From NCBI GenBank assembly GCA_963799485.1, contig CAWCXJ010000007.1, positions 32,001 through 96,000 on the forward strand: a stretch of 64,000 bases of DNA, written 5' to 3'. Source of the DNA: an uncultured Trueperaceae bacterium. GTDB lineage: Bacteria; Deinococcota; Deinococci; Deinococcales; Trueperaceae. The position numbers and the translations under genes are program-made. Positions within the stretch are counted from its first letter, which is position 1. Each line of letters starts with the position of its first letter. Below, one piece after another: positions 24,114-34,012 of the stretch. The notes below the pieces were generated by a model, which made no database searches, was not told the DNA's origin, and saw only the letters and a program-made list of their open reading frames with translations.

Positions 24114-24427
24114 GGTTTCCTCTTTTCGCGCTCGAGTAGCCGGTCTATAAGCTCGAGCATCACCTGCGCCCTTCCCGAAGGCGCACCTTCAAAAAGCTCT
24201 CGGAGAGACACTTCTAAACCTTCAGGCACAGCTCGCAAATCCGGCAAATGTGCCCAAACCGCGCCCGCAGGCGGCACCGGTTTATCACTGAGCGCCCACA
24301 GCCCTGCTAACACCTTCCAGCTGTTGAGGCTTGTATAGTACCCGAGTTTTGGCATGTCGCCTACAGCCATCGCCGCGCTTAGTTTGAGCGAAGTGCTTTT
24401 GAGCCAGTAGGCTGACTTCTTACGAGT
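24110..24427 (-). pseudogene. Probable 5'-truncated hypothetical gene cut by the adjacent IS
   Basis: Frame is open from the IS boundary to a TGA overlapping the AKR GTG; the listed ORF start lies inside the IS. Confidence 0.45.
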
Positions 24428-25318
24428 AACCTCGGATGCTAGTTGACAGCTAGGAAGAGAAAGAGAGAAGCTCAGGTTTATGCGAACCAAAGAACTCCTA
24501 TCACAACAGACTGTAACAGACATTTTCACCGCCGTATAGGTTTTGGTAGACGACTATTTACAAGCAGCACAGCGATTAGGGCGCTTCAAGCTACCGCAAA
24601 AGTGTAATCAACGAGCAAGCTACGCTGAACTCTTAACTATTGTGCCGGTAGGCGAAGTACTGCAGCAGAAAAATCAAGGGTTGTGGTACTTGCTGGTCAA
24701 GTCAGACTACGGTGGGCTTTTTCCGGTGCTGCCTGAGCTGAGTCGCTTTTACCGGATTAGCCGTGATTTTGAACGCATCTATGCGGACTTAGCCTTGCTC
24801 AGCGCCGAACATGACGGCGTATATCCGATCGACTCGCAACCGTTGTCCATATAGGAATTCGCTATACCCGTGACCGCTTGTCAAGCGAAGCGACTTCAGG
24901 GCGCGGTGGCGCAACCAAGCGCTTTTATGGCTTTAGGTTACACGCCATTTGCAGTGGCACAGGCGCAGTTTGCCGCTTTGCGTTAGTTCCGGCAAACGAA
25001 CACGATGTCACTTTGCTAAATGTCTGCTCAACGAGCGCTATGACGATTTGCATAGCCTTATCGGAGACAAAGCTTACTTGGGGCTGGGCATTTATACGCC
25101 ACCAAAACAAAACGCTAAAAATCCCGGCTTCCGGTGTGACTTCTTTGCCCGTGCCAGAAAGTCTATCGAAGCTGTTTTCTCTTCACTCACACGCTGCCGC
25201 AATCTTGCTCTACAACAGCTCAACTCCTTCTGGAGTATTCGTGCCAGTGTCTGCCGTAAACTCGCGGCCCATAACCTTATCCTCTTCCTCTTCGCCCAAG
25301 CGTCTGGCATCCGAGGTT
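24428..25318 (+). mobile_element. Degenerate IS982-family insertion sequence
   Basis: Terminal IRs AACCTCGGATGC(T/C)AG at 24428-24442 and 25304-25318; transposase fragments VDDYL..ELLTI..LFP.LPE.SRF.R, IDSQP, FYGFRLH, GDKAY, RKSIEAVFS with stops and frameshifts. Confidence 0.85.
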
Positions 25319-25362
25319 GAAAAAAATAAAAAGGTTTTAGAGATGAGACAGGACTCGAGGCT

Positions 25363-26511
25363 TTAACGGCCTGGTGACGTAATCTGATAAAGCACAATTT
25401 CGGGTCGGGCGTAGACGAGCAAAAAATCACCACCTGCCCAGAGCGGTTGACCGACGACCGCGCGCCACTGCCGGGAGCTTACCGAAAGCACGGTGTAGCG
25501 CCCATCACGAACGGCCTGCCAACGCCCGCCTGTCAGCGCGCCCGCAGGCAGAACGACCCGGGCATTTTGGACAACAGACGTAAGCGAAAAAAGGGGGTCG
25601 GGTAGCGCTTGCGGGAAGGTTTCGGGGGGTGCTTGACCGAACCAGGTCAGCTCGGGGCCGGCTGCGTTCGCCGTGCCGGGATTACCGAGCGCGGGGTAGC
25701 GCCCGCCCGTGCGGCTTACCGGGTCGAAGCGTTCGGCGACGACCAGAAACGGCGCGCCGCGGCCCGGTTCGTAAAAGATGTACGGACGAATCTGCGCTTC
25801 ACCCAAGCCGAGCGCTTCTGCCGCCTCTGCGAGCCGCGCTTGCCCGGTAGCGCTCAGCGCGCCGTCCGGTAAAGCGTCCGTTTCTGCTGCGAAAAGTGGT
25901 AAGTTGGTCACACGTTCTATAACATTTGCGTCAGCCGGTGTCGCGTCCGGGAGCGGCGCGGCCCGCCACGCCGCAAACGGTGATGCGGCGAGTTCGGGGG
26001 TCAGCACGCGGTAGCTGGCAATCAGCGGTTCGTTTTCAAAACGGCCCTGCGTTCTGAGAGCCGCCGCGTCACCCCAGGGGACGACCTCGAGCCGCTCAAA
26101 AGGCGTAAAACGGTAGCGTGCGACAAAACGGGGCTCGAGCGGAATCAAATCGGGCGGGATGCCCTCGGCAAGCGCCGGCACCGGCACGGTGCCGCCGACC
26201 CCGCGCATCGCCGCCGCATACGCCTGCGCCCCCTCCCGGTCGGCAAACGCGCCCACCCGCAGCCGGTAGACGGTCGTCTCCCCCGGTACGCTGACCAGAT
26301 AAGCCGGGTAGCCTTCGTCGCGGAGGGTGCGCCTGAGCGACTCCGCTGACGTCTGGTCCGACAAGGCCGCAACCTGTACGGTGTAAGAAATTGCCTGCGC
26401 TCCCGCTGCCGAGCCGACAAGATAAAACCCGAACAGCGCAAGCCCCAAAAACCAACCGACCAAGGAGCCAAAGTGGTGCGTTGAGATAGACATCGGCGCG
26501 TAGCGCTGCAC
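25363..26511 (-). CDS. SPOR domain-containing exported protein
   Basis: YTVQVAAL...LR..GYPAY...YRLRVGAF.DR..A. Confidence 0.85.
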   Translation of the reverse strand: MQRYAPMSISTHHFGSLVGWFLGLALFGFYLVGSAAGAQAISYTVQVAALSDQTSAESLRRTLRDEGYPAYLVSVPGETTVYRLRVGAFADREGAQAYAAAMRGVGGTVPVPALAEGIPPDLIPLEPRFVARYRFTPFERLEVVPWGDAAALRTQGRFENEPLIASYRVLTPELAASPFAAWRAAPLPDATPADANVIERVTNLPLFAAETDALPDGALSATGQARLAEAAEALGLGEAQIRPYIFYEPGRGAPFLVVAERFDPVSRTGGRYPALGNPGTANAAGPELTWFGQAPPETFPQALPDPLFSLTSVVQNARVVLPAGALTGGRWQAVRDGRYTVLSVSSRQWRAVVGQPLWAGGDFLLVYARPEIVLYQITSPGR

Positions 26512-26591
26512 CTTTTTAGCCTAGCATCCGAACGGGCCGCGTTCCAAGAGTGGTGAGCATATAGCCGAACGCGGTATTGGGTCAAGCCGGA

Positions 26592-28052
26592 CTACGACGT
26601 TTGGGCAAGTTCGCGGGTGAGGGTCTCGAGTTCACTCTCTAAGGGTGTCTGCTCGACCAACGCAGCGCTCAAGATGACCTCGATGGCCTGGTCGACCATC
26701 TCGTCGAAGTCCCCGGCCTCGACGACCGGCACGCCCTCGGTTTTGGCCTGCGCCACGCAAAAGTCCTGAATCATCCGAATCTCTTCAAAGTGCGAGAGGT
26801 AGTGTTCGCGGCGGCGGCGGCTCTGCGTTTGCACCTCACGCGTACCGAAGTAACTGCGGTGCAGTTCGGGGTCGGAGACGTGCAAGATAAGCTCGACGAC
26901 GGTCGCACCCTCTTGTTCCAGAGATATAAATCCCGGTACCAGATGAACGCCTTCCAGCACCACCGAACTCGCCTCGGCGACGCTGCGGTCGACGATGGCT
27001 TGCAAGGGCGCAGTCAGCTGCTGCACCTGCCGCTGAAAGCCGCGCACGACCCGTTTGCGTTTGGGTTTGGGTTGCTCAGACGGCAGCAGTTCGGCGCGCC
27101 ACGCCGTAAAACTCGAGGTGTGCAGCTCGGGGCTCAGCTCGGGGCTGATGAGAGAACGCAGCGCCTGCCGGATGGCGTCGGTCGAAACGCTGCGCGGCAA
27201 GCCCAAACGGTAGGCGAGCGCCGACGCGAGGTTCGATTTGCCGACCCCCGGCGCGCCGCCGATAAGAATCACCAGCGGCCTTTCAGGGCGGCGCAGGGCG
27301 TGCAAAAGCTCGTAGCGCCGTAAAAACTCTTCCCCTGCTTCTTGCAGCAAGAGGCGTTTGACGCTGCCGCGCAGCGTCGCCACCGGCAGGTCGCGCTGAC
27401 CCAGCCGCCAGAGCGCAACCTCGGTGCGTTTGGCAAGCTGGTGCGACAGTTCCGGGCCGAGCCCCAGCGCCATCAGGGATTGCGCCAGGATACCCCGCGA
27501 GTACGGTACCCGCACCCCGTCCTCGCCGATCACCCACAGTTCCGAAGGCCGCCCCTGCGCCGCCTCGAAACGTTCACGCGCCTCACGTCCGTAGCGCGCG
27601 CCAACCGCCAGCGCCGTCTGGTGTGCCAGCTCAGGCGGCGTAATCAGGCCCGAACCGCTCCGCCTGAGTTCTCCCTCGATTTGCCGCGCCAGCGTGTTCG
27701 CTTCCTTAAACGAGTAGCCCTGTTTCTCGAGCGTCCCGGCGAGGTTACGGCGCGAAAACGTCGTCTCTTCCGTACCTTCGTCGCGGACTCTTAAAGGCGC
27801 AAAAGGCGGCGGTTGTTCGGCAAAACGGGTCGCCGCTCCTGCGCCGTGCGCCTCTTTGACCAGCTCGGTCAGCGTTGCCATAAGCGCAGGCAGCTTGACT
27901 TCTTTTTTCCCCCGGTAGTGCTTTTCCAGCGCCCGCGCCAACCGAATCGAGTCGTCGGTAAGGAGACCTGCGCCCTGCAACGACTCGACGACCGTCCCGA
28001 GTTGAAACGGCACCTTGTCACCCTCACGCACAACCTTGAACCCCTGCTTCAT
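26592..28052 (-). CDS. 2-phosphoglycerate kinase-like P-loop protein with three N-terminal ATP-cone-like repeats
   Basis: GGAPGVGKS, STDAIR, LHTSSF, EGVHLVP; repeats VPFQLG..ESL / TFSRR.LA.TL / VPYSRGILAQSL. Confidence 0.85.
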   Translation of the reverse strand: MKQGFKVVREGDKVPFQLGTVVESLQGAGLLTDDSIRLARALEKHYRGKKEVKLPALMATLTELVKEAHGAGAATRFAEQPPPFAPLRVRDEGTEETTFSRRNLAGTLEKQGYSFKEANTLARQIEGELRRSGSGLITPPELAHQTALAVGARYGREARERFEAAQGRPSELWVIGEDGVRVPYSRGILAQSLMALGLGPELSHQLAKRTEVALWRLGQRDLPVATLRGSVKRLLLQEAGEEFLRRYELLHALRRPERPLVILIGGAPGVGKSNLASALAYRLGLPRSVSTDAIRQALRSLISPELSPELHTSSFTAWRAELLPSEQPKPKRKRVVRGFQRQVQQLTAPLQAIVDRSVAEASSVVLEGVHLVPGFISLEQEGATVVELILHVSDPELHRSYFGTREVQTQSRRRREHYLSHFEEIRMIQDFCVAQAKTEGVPVVEAGDFDEMVDQAIEVILSAALVEQTPLESELETLTRELAQTS

Positions 28053-28111
28053 ACGTTTAGTTTAAGCCCGGCACAAAAGGCCAAAGGCGCAGACGCCGAC
28101 AAAAAACAGGT

Positions 28112-28702
28112 TTATCCATCCAGCGCACGCACCACGCTTAAAAAATCCGCAACGATGTTGCCGGTAAGTCCCCAAATCAGCCGCTCTCCTGTAGAACTCT
28201 GATGGGCGTAAAAATAGATCGTGCGGCGTTGTCCCTCCAAAAGGCGCGTTTCTTGCCGGGGCGTAAGCTCGAGGAGTTCAGCCAGCGGCACCGTAAAAAC
28301 CTCGGCGACCTCGGCAGCTTGGAGTATGAGCGGTTGAGGCCACCTTACGACACCGACGACCGGCGTAACGGTGTAGCGAGCGGGTGAGGGCAAGTCATGC
28401 AGCGTTCCCAAAAGCGAGGTTTCAGGAACGTCCAGGCCGATTTCCTCAGCGGTTTCGCGCCGCGCCGCTTGCACAACGTTTTCGCTCGCCTCGAGCCGCC
28501 CCCCCGGAAACGAAATCTGACCCGCATGGTTTGAAAGCGAAGTGCTGCGAACGGTGAAAAGCAGCTCGAGCCCCGCCGGTGTCCGCAACAGCGGCACCAG
28601 CACGGCGGCGCGGCGAAAGTCGGGGAAGTCCAGGGTTTTACGGGGGCGGTGTGGCAGTGCGTGTTTAAGTTTTGCCAGAAGGTCGTCGGGTTGAAGCGTC
28701 AC
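28112..28702 (-). CDS. Nudix hydrolase, CoA pyrophosphatase type
   Basis: AAVLVPL, HAGQISFPGG, ARRETAEEIGL, IWGLT. Confidence 0.92.
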   Translation of the reverse strand: MTLQPDDLLAKLKHALPHRPRKTLDFPDFRRAAVLVPLLRTPAGLELLFTVRSTSLSNHAGQISFPGGRLEASENVVQAARRETAEEIGLDVPETSLLGTLHDLPSPARYTVTPVVGVVRWPQPLILQAAEVAEVFTVPLAELLELTPRQETRLLEGQRRTIYFYAHQSSTGERLIWGLTGNIVADFLSVVRALDG

Positions 28703-29322
28703 GTAGCAGATTCGGTCGTTTCAGCCCGGGCGTCCGCCGCACGCCGTAAAGCGAGTTCGGGGTTGACCCCGGCGGCGCGGGCATAATCGGTTACGGCGAG
28801 TAAGAGCTTACCGAGCGCCGCTTCAGTCGGCAGCTCATCTAGTGCGGCTTTGATGTGTTCAGGATTGCCGGGCGACCACCCCAACTTACGACCCAATTCC
28901 GCCGCCCGCATCAGCGCCGGAAGACTACGCGGCACCCGTTCTGCCGGGGAAAACTCGACCCCGCCCCGCTCTTCAGTTTTGATTCGCTCCCAGTTGCGTT
29001 TGACCTCGGCTGAGTCGGCAACCTGGATGTCTCCGAAGATATGCGGATGGCGACGCTCGAGCTTCGCCACAATGCTCGCTTCGATAGCTTCGTAAGAAAA
29101 CGTCCCGGCCTCTTCTGCTATGGCCGCGTGAAAGGCGACTTGCAGCAAGACGTCGCCGAGTTCGTCCGCCATGAGTTTAGGGTCGCCCGTTGAAAGTGCG
29201 TCAACGGCTTCGGCGGCCTCCTCGAGCAAATAAGGCCGTAAACTTTCGTGCGTCTGTTCCTGATCCCACGGGCAGCCTTCAGGGGCACGCAGACGTCTCA
29301 TCGTCTTGAGGAGTTTGTCCAT
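28699..29322 (-). CDS. mazG: MazG-family nucleoside triphosphate pyrophosphohydrolase
   Basis: LR.P.GCPWD..QT, ELGDVLLQ, RRHPHIF. Confidence 0.93.
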   Translation of the reverse strand: MDKLLKTMRRLRAPEGCPWDQEQTHESLRPYLLEEAAEAVDALSTGDPKLMADELGDVLLQVAFHAAIAEEAGTFSYEAIEASIVAKLERRHPHIFGDIQVADSAEVKRNWERIKTEERGGVEFSPAERVPRSLPALMRAAELGRKLGWSPGNPEHIKAALDELPTEAALGKLLLAVTDYARAAGVNPELALRRAADARAETTESAT

Positions 29323-29501
29323 AGGCTACTATAGCGGGCGTCGGCTTATTGCCAACGGAACCGTTATTTGCCTAAACGTCAGTGTCACTCTTACAGATAT
29401 ATGCCTTATGACTTCAGCGTAAGTCTACGCCCGTTTTGACCGCCGACGTCAGTTGACTTACCGCTGCTCGAGTGGTCTTTTCTCCCGGCTTTTAGCGCTA
29501 T

Positions 29502-30521
29502 TTACAGGTACTTCATATTTATCATCTTGCTCGTGATGAGTAGAGCCGTCCGGGTAGGTGTACTCCGGATGAGCCCGATGATCATCATGAGCGCAAGCTT
29601 GAAAGTGAGCTTCTTCGTCGTTTTCGCCTTGAAGGGGGAAAAGAGATGTTCGGTAAGCGCCGGTGCTGGTGAAGCGGCGTCGAGCCTACTCATAAGAAAA
29701 TACAGGGTAAGCACCCGCCAGTTACATTTTTGCCACTTGGAAACAGCGACTTCTACCCCCATAGCTGCCGCCGTCTGCTGTAAAAACGCACTCCGCGACT
29801 CGTAGCGCGCGAGGTTCTTACGAATATTTTTGAGGGTTAGCGCACCACGAGCTTGCGACACACCCGCCCCATGTTCGCGGTAAGCGCCCACGGCTTGATC
29901 GATCGTTGCGACAGTCCCAAACAGCGGGGCTGTATCCATCAAGTAGGCGTCTAACGCCCCTCTAATCGTACTGGACTCTGGAAGCGGCGCGACGGCATCG
30001 AGAAAAGATTTCCGCCAGGCGTTACCCGAGGTCGGAGGCGCGACGTAACTGCCTGGACCGTACTCGAGCACCTGCGACCGCAGGTTGCCCTCACCGGGTT
30101 TACGTCCGGGAATCTGTTTTCCGCTCCCTACTCCCCGCCCGTCTACGACCTGGAGAAATCCCTGCAACTTGACGATCTCGGCGTTTCGCATCTTTGCTGC
30201 ATAAAGAGATAAGGTGCCGGGCAAAAGATAATCGTCGGCATCGACACACACGACAATTTCACCGGTGCAGACTCGGATACCTGCGTTGAATGCTGAAGTT
30301 TGACCCCCATTTTCCTTAAAGATAGCGACCACAGGCTCTGCGTAACCCTCGATAACTTGTTTTGAAGCGTCTGCCGAGCCGTCGTCGACCACGACGACTT
30401 CTTTATGCGGGTAGTCTTGCTTGAAGATGCTGTCTAGACATTGACCAAGATACTGGGCATAGTTGTAGTTCGTAATCAAGACACTGATTTTCACCGGCTT
30501 TGTCTGGTGTTCTGCCAACAC
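29502..30521 (-). CDS. Family 2 glycosyltransferase
   Basis: ISVLITNYNY, VVVDDGS, ENGGQ.SAFN, DADD. Confidence 0.92.
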   Translation of the reverse strand: MLAEHQTKPVKISVLITNYNYAQYLGQCLDSIFKQDYPHKEVVVVDDGSADASKQVIEGYAEPVVAIFKENGGQTSAFNAGIRVCTGEIVVCVDADDYLLPGTLSLYAAKMRNAEIVKLQGFLQVVDGRGVGSGKQIPGRKPGEGNLRSQVLEYGPGSYVAPPTSGNAWRKSFLDAVAPLPESSTIRGALDAYLMDTAPLFGTVATIDQAVGAYREHGAGVSQARGALTLKNIRKNLARYESRSAFLQQTAAAMGVEVAVSKWQKCNWRVLTLYFLMSRLDAASPAPALTEHLFSPFKAKTTKKLTFKLALMMIIGLIRSTPTRTALLITSKMINMKYL

Positions 30522-30950
30522 GCCTAAAGTCTCCTTAGTAGTTAGAGTCTTAGTATCAGCCGGCGTTAGCGCTGCGGTTGCGTTTCAGCCCAACGCTTCA
30601 TAACCAATACCGGCAAAGCATGACGCTTAGTTTATCACTCTCATGATTTTTAGCTCAGCGTGTCGCAGCACTCCCTTTGGTGCTTTGTGTCGATGCCAAA
30701 AAACGAGTTTTTCCTTGTAAAACGCAGCAGCTACGCAAATGTACTCGCAAACTCATACAAACAGACAGCTAATTCGTCACACCTTAAGCAAACAGCTAGA
30801 ACCCAGCTCGAGCCCCACCCTCAGCAGCACCTTGACACACGAAACCGTCAGCGTCGAAATCGTGCCCTCACCCAAGCCGGTCAACCTCCCGACTAAAAAG
30901 CCGCGCACCGGATTCCCGGTAAGTCTCTGCCGCCTGACCGGGCACTCCGG

Positions 30951-31610
30951 CTAAAAGACCGCGCCGGCGTCACGAGCTTGCAACAATCTTTGCAACGCCG
31001 CCTCTTTCTCCGCCCGGTCACGTTCTGAAATAGGCGCAGCCAGATAACGGCGCAAGGTCGCCTCGTCAAGTTGCGGTTTGTAAAAGTCCCGAAACATCTC
31101 TACTGCCGAGAGCGTCTCGCCCTTGTAAGGGTAAAGCGTTACCGCATCACCGACCTGTACATATCCTTCTTGCAAAACGCGGCAGTACACCCCCGGACGC
31201 TCCGCCTGCCGAAACCGCCTGACGAACGCCGGGTCGCCCATACGCGCGGAGAGCGTGACGCAGGGAACGCGCGGGGACGTAACCGCGAGCCCCACCGTCC
31301 CTACCTCTAAACGGTCGCCGAGTCTTAAGGACGTACTCCCCAAACCACTTACCGTAAGGTTTTCGCCGAAAGTACCGGGTTGCAGCTCCTTGCCCAAAGC
31401 CTTAGACCACCACGCATAATCAGGCACGCCGTAAACGTACACTGCCTGGTCGATACCGCCGTGGTTTTCGGTGTCGCAGACGGTGTCACCCCTCAAACCC
31501 AAGACGCCGACCGCAACGGGATTCTGAGTCGCTTGCTTGTAAATACCCGTCTGCCCCGATTTGGCTTTTATTGCCTGAGCTTTACCGATATTGACGCTGA
31601 CCAGCTTCAT
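30951..31610 (-). CDS. MOSC domain protein (YiiM-like)
   Basis: TGIYK, HGG.D.AV, FGENLT, PRVPC, GVYCRV. Confidence 0.92.
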   Translation of the reverse strand: MKLVSVNIGKAQAIKAKSGQTGIYKQATQNPVAVGVLGLRGDTVCDTENHGGIDQAVYVYGVPDYAWWSKALGKELQPGTFGENLTVSGLGSTSLRLGDRLEVGTVGLAVTSPRVPCVTLSARMGDPAFVRRFRQAERPGVYCRVLQEGYVQVGDAVTLYPYKGETLSAVEMFRDFYKPQLDEATLRRYLAAPISERDRAEKEAALQRLLQARDAGAVF

Positions 31611-31779
31611 AAGACTCCCTTGTAACCTCGAGCCCCCGTCAGCTACGCCGCGAGCCCAACCACACTCTAGCAGCGCTCAGGGCAGCACCATAAGCCCCTA
31701 ATAAGCCCCTAGCAGCTTGGCGATCTCACGGAGCCGGGTGTCCGTTGCTACCACCGGGGTCGCGCGCGGTTCCTCTCGG

Positions 31780-32011
31780 TGTCGACCTGATTGATTTACC
31801 CCCTTGCTCGCCCGAACTTCAACCCGCTGAAAAGTTATGGCGGCTCACCGACGAACCCCTTGCCAATACACTCTTTGACGACCTCGGCTCGCTGCAAGCA
31901 ACGCTTGATCAGCGTTGCAAGCTCTATCGACCCAACCCGATCTCATCTCACAAGAAACCCTCTTCCACTGGTGGCCGCTGACATGATAGAGGTTTATCCG
32001 GAATCTGTATA
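31780..32011 (+). mobile_element. IS630-family transposase C-terminal remnant with probable right end
   Basis: LPPCSPELQPAEKLW motif; second frame ...TLFHWWP*; ends GGAATCTGTA-TA. Confidence 0.75.
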
Positions 32012-32138
32012 ACCCCAAGCCTGCCGCTGTTTCGAGCACCTGCGCTACACCGTTCAGCCTGCCCTAGCCGCTGCCGGTTCACTACTCAATATCACCTCTA
32101 AACCAAACTATTACGTGAGGTTATTTCTGCCGGGGTAC

Positions 32139-33164
32139 TTAAACGGGTGTCGGATGGGGCTGAAGCAAGCATTTAACCGTTTCCGGCGACCTGAGCAGTT
32201 CGTCGAAAAGCCCTGCGCCATCGTCCAGAGACGCACGTCGGCTCGTCAGAAGTTCCGTTGGAATGCGGCCCGCTGCGAGCAGTTCCAACGCCGCCTGAAA
32301 ATCTTCGTCGGTGAGCCCGTATGTCCCGAGGATGCTGAGTTGACGCGTCACCACGGCCTGCATATCGACTTCAACAACGCGCGCATTGTTCCCGACCCAA
32401 ACCACTGTACCGCCGTCTTTTACGAGCGCAACCGATTGACCGACCGTCGCGCTGATACCGACTGCTTCAAAGGTCACGTCTGCACCCCTGCCGCCGGTAA
32501 ACGCACGAACGACGCCGAGCGCATCTTCCTCGTTGGGACTGAATGTCCGCGTCACACCGAGCGAGCGGGCGACCTCGAGCCTTGCGTCACTCACGTCGCT
32601 GACGATGACAGTTGAAATGCCGGACGAAAGCAGTACCGACGCCAGAAGCAGCCCTATCGTTCCGGCCCCGGCGATAAATGCTGTGTCGTAAGTCGGGGCG
32701 AGTTTGCGCGACACCTCGGCTGCGTGAAGTGCGACGGCCAGGGGTTCGGCGAAAGCACCCGCGTCGTAAGAGAGCCCCGCGGGTAGCGGGAAAAGCCGTC
32801 CGGCAGGCCAGACGACGTGCGTCGCATACGCGCCGGGGGCGTCCATCCCCAACAGGCGGCGCTGAGCGTTCTCGAGCAAAAGTGGCATCACCGCGACTCT
32901 CGCCCCGACCTCGAGCCCTTTTACGGCTTCACCGACCTGCACCACTCGTCCGGTCGCCTCGTGGCCCATAATCAGCGGCGGGGTGCGGCGTCCGCTGGCA
33001 CCTGTGTAGCCGTGTAAATCCGAACCGCAGACTCCCGCAGCCCGAACTTCAACAAGTACATCGTCGGGGCGGGTCAGTTCGGGTAGGGGCAGCGTTTGCA
33101 GCTCGAGCCGCCCAATCTCCGTCATTACCAGCGCCCGCATCGTTTTGTCTATTGTTTTTGTCAT
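32139..33164 (-). CDS. Zn-dependent (MDR) polyol dehydrogenase lacking the structural-zinc lobe
   Basis: GVCGSDLH, GHEATG, EPLAV, GAGTIG; no CxxCxxC...C segment. Confidence 0.85.
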   Translation of the reverse strand: MTKTIDKTMRALVMTEIGRLELQTLPLPELTRPDDVLVEVRAAGVCGSDLHGYTGASGRRTPPLIMGHEATGRVVQVGEAVKGLEVGARVAVMPLLLENAQRRLLGMDAPGAYATHVVWPAGRLFPLPAGLSYDAGAFAEPLAVALHAAEVSRKLAPTYDTAFIAGAGTIGLLLASVLLSSGISTVIVSDVSDARLEVARSLGVTRTFSPNEEDALGVVRAFTGGRGADVTFEAVGISATVGQSVALVKDGGTVVWVGNNARVVEVDMQAVVTRQLSILGTYGLTDEDFQAALELLAAGRIPTELLTSRRASLDDGAGLFDELLRSPETVKCLLQPHPTPV

Positions 33165-33168
33165 TGCG

Positions 33169-33993
33169 TCACCCCTTGACCCCGCCCCCAACCAGCCAAC
33201 CGCCGTCCACCACAATCGTCTGACCCGTAATATAGGCCCCGGCGTCCGACGCTAACAGTACCGTCGCCCCGGCGAGGTCGGCGGGTATCCCCGGACGACC
33301 CTGCGGAATCACACTCACCGCGCTTTCGTAAAGCTCGGGGTCTGAAAAGACCGCGTCGGTCATTGCCGTCCAGAATCGCCCCGGTGCGATGGCGTTGACC
33401 TGAATGTTGTAGGCTGCCCACTCGACCGCCAGCGCCCGTGTCAGCTGCCGGAGACCGCCCTTACTCACCGCGTAGAGCGCGATATTGGGCACGACAATCT
33501 CAAACGAAAGCGACCCCAAATTGATGATTTTGCCGCCGCCCTGCGCGCGCATCAGCTCACCTGCTGCCTGACACGCAAAAAACGCACCTTTTAGGTTGAC
33601 GTTCATCAGCGTATCCCAGTCGGTTTCGGAGAACGTTGCGGCGCTCTGACGGAGGTTGATACCCGCTGCGTTGACGAGAATATCGAGCCGCCCGAAGTGC
33701 GCGTGTGCGCCTGAGACCATCTTCTGCACCTCGGCAACTTGAGACACGTCGGTTGGGAAAATAACGGCCTTTCGCCCCGTTTGCCGAACCAACTCAGCGG
33801 CCTCGGTAAGCTGCCCTTCAGACCGCGCGGCGAGCGCAACGTCCGCGCCGCTGTGCGCGAGGGCGAGCGCCATGCCCAGACCGAGACCACGGCTGCCGCC
33901 GGTGACGAGCGCCGCGCGCCCGTCCAAGCGCAAACTCGGCATGGCGAAGTCGCGGTCTAGCGGGCGGCTAGCAGGACGGCTGTTTTGGGGCAT
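33169..33993 (-). CDS. Short-chain dehydrogenase (KduD/gluconate 5-dehydrogenase-like)
   Basis: TGGSRGLG, YAVSK, LAVEWA, VDGG. Confidence 0.9.
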   Translation of the reverse strand: MPQNSRPASRPLDRDFAMPSLRLDGRAALVTGGSRGLGLGMALALAHSGADVALAARSEGQLTEAAELVRQTGRKAVIFPTDVSQVAEVQKMVSGAHAHFGRLDILVNAAGINLRQSAATFSETDWDTLMNVNLKGAFFACQAAGELMRAQGGGKIINLGSLSFEIVVPNIALYAVSKGGLRQLTRALAVEWAAYNIQVNAIAPGRFWTAMTDAVFSDPELYESAVSVIPQGRPGIPADLAGATVLLASDAGAYITGQTIVVDGGWLVGGGVKG

Positions 33994-34012
33994 AACTTAT
34001 ATACACAGCCTA

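Noticed and set aside
30739..30954. 71-aa ORF in the GT2-MOSC gap
   Set aside because: No RBS or recognisable motif; cannot be supported from sequence alone.
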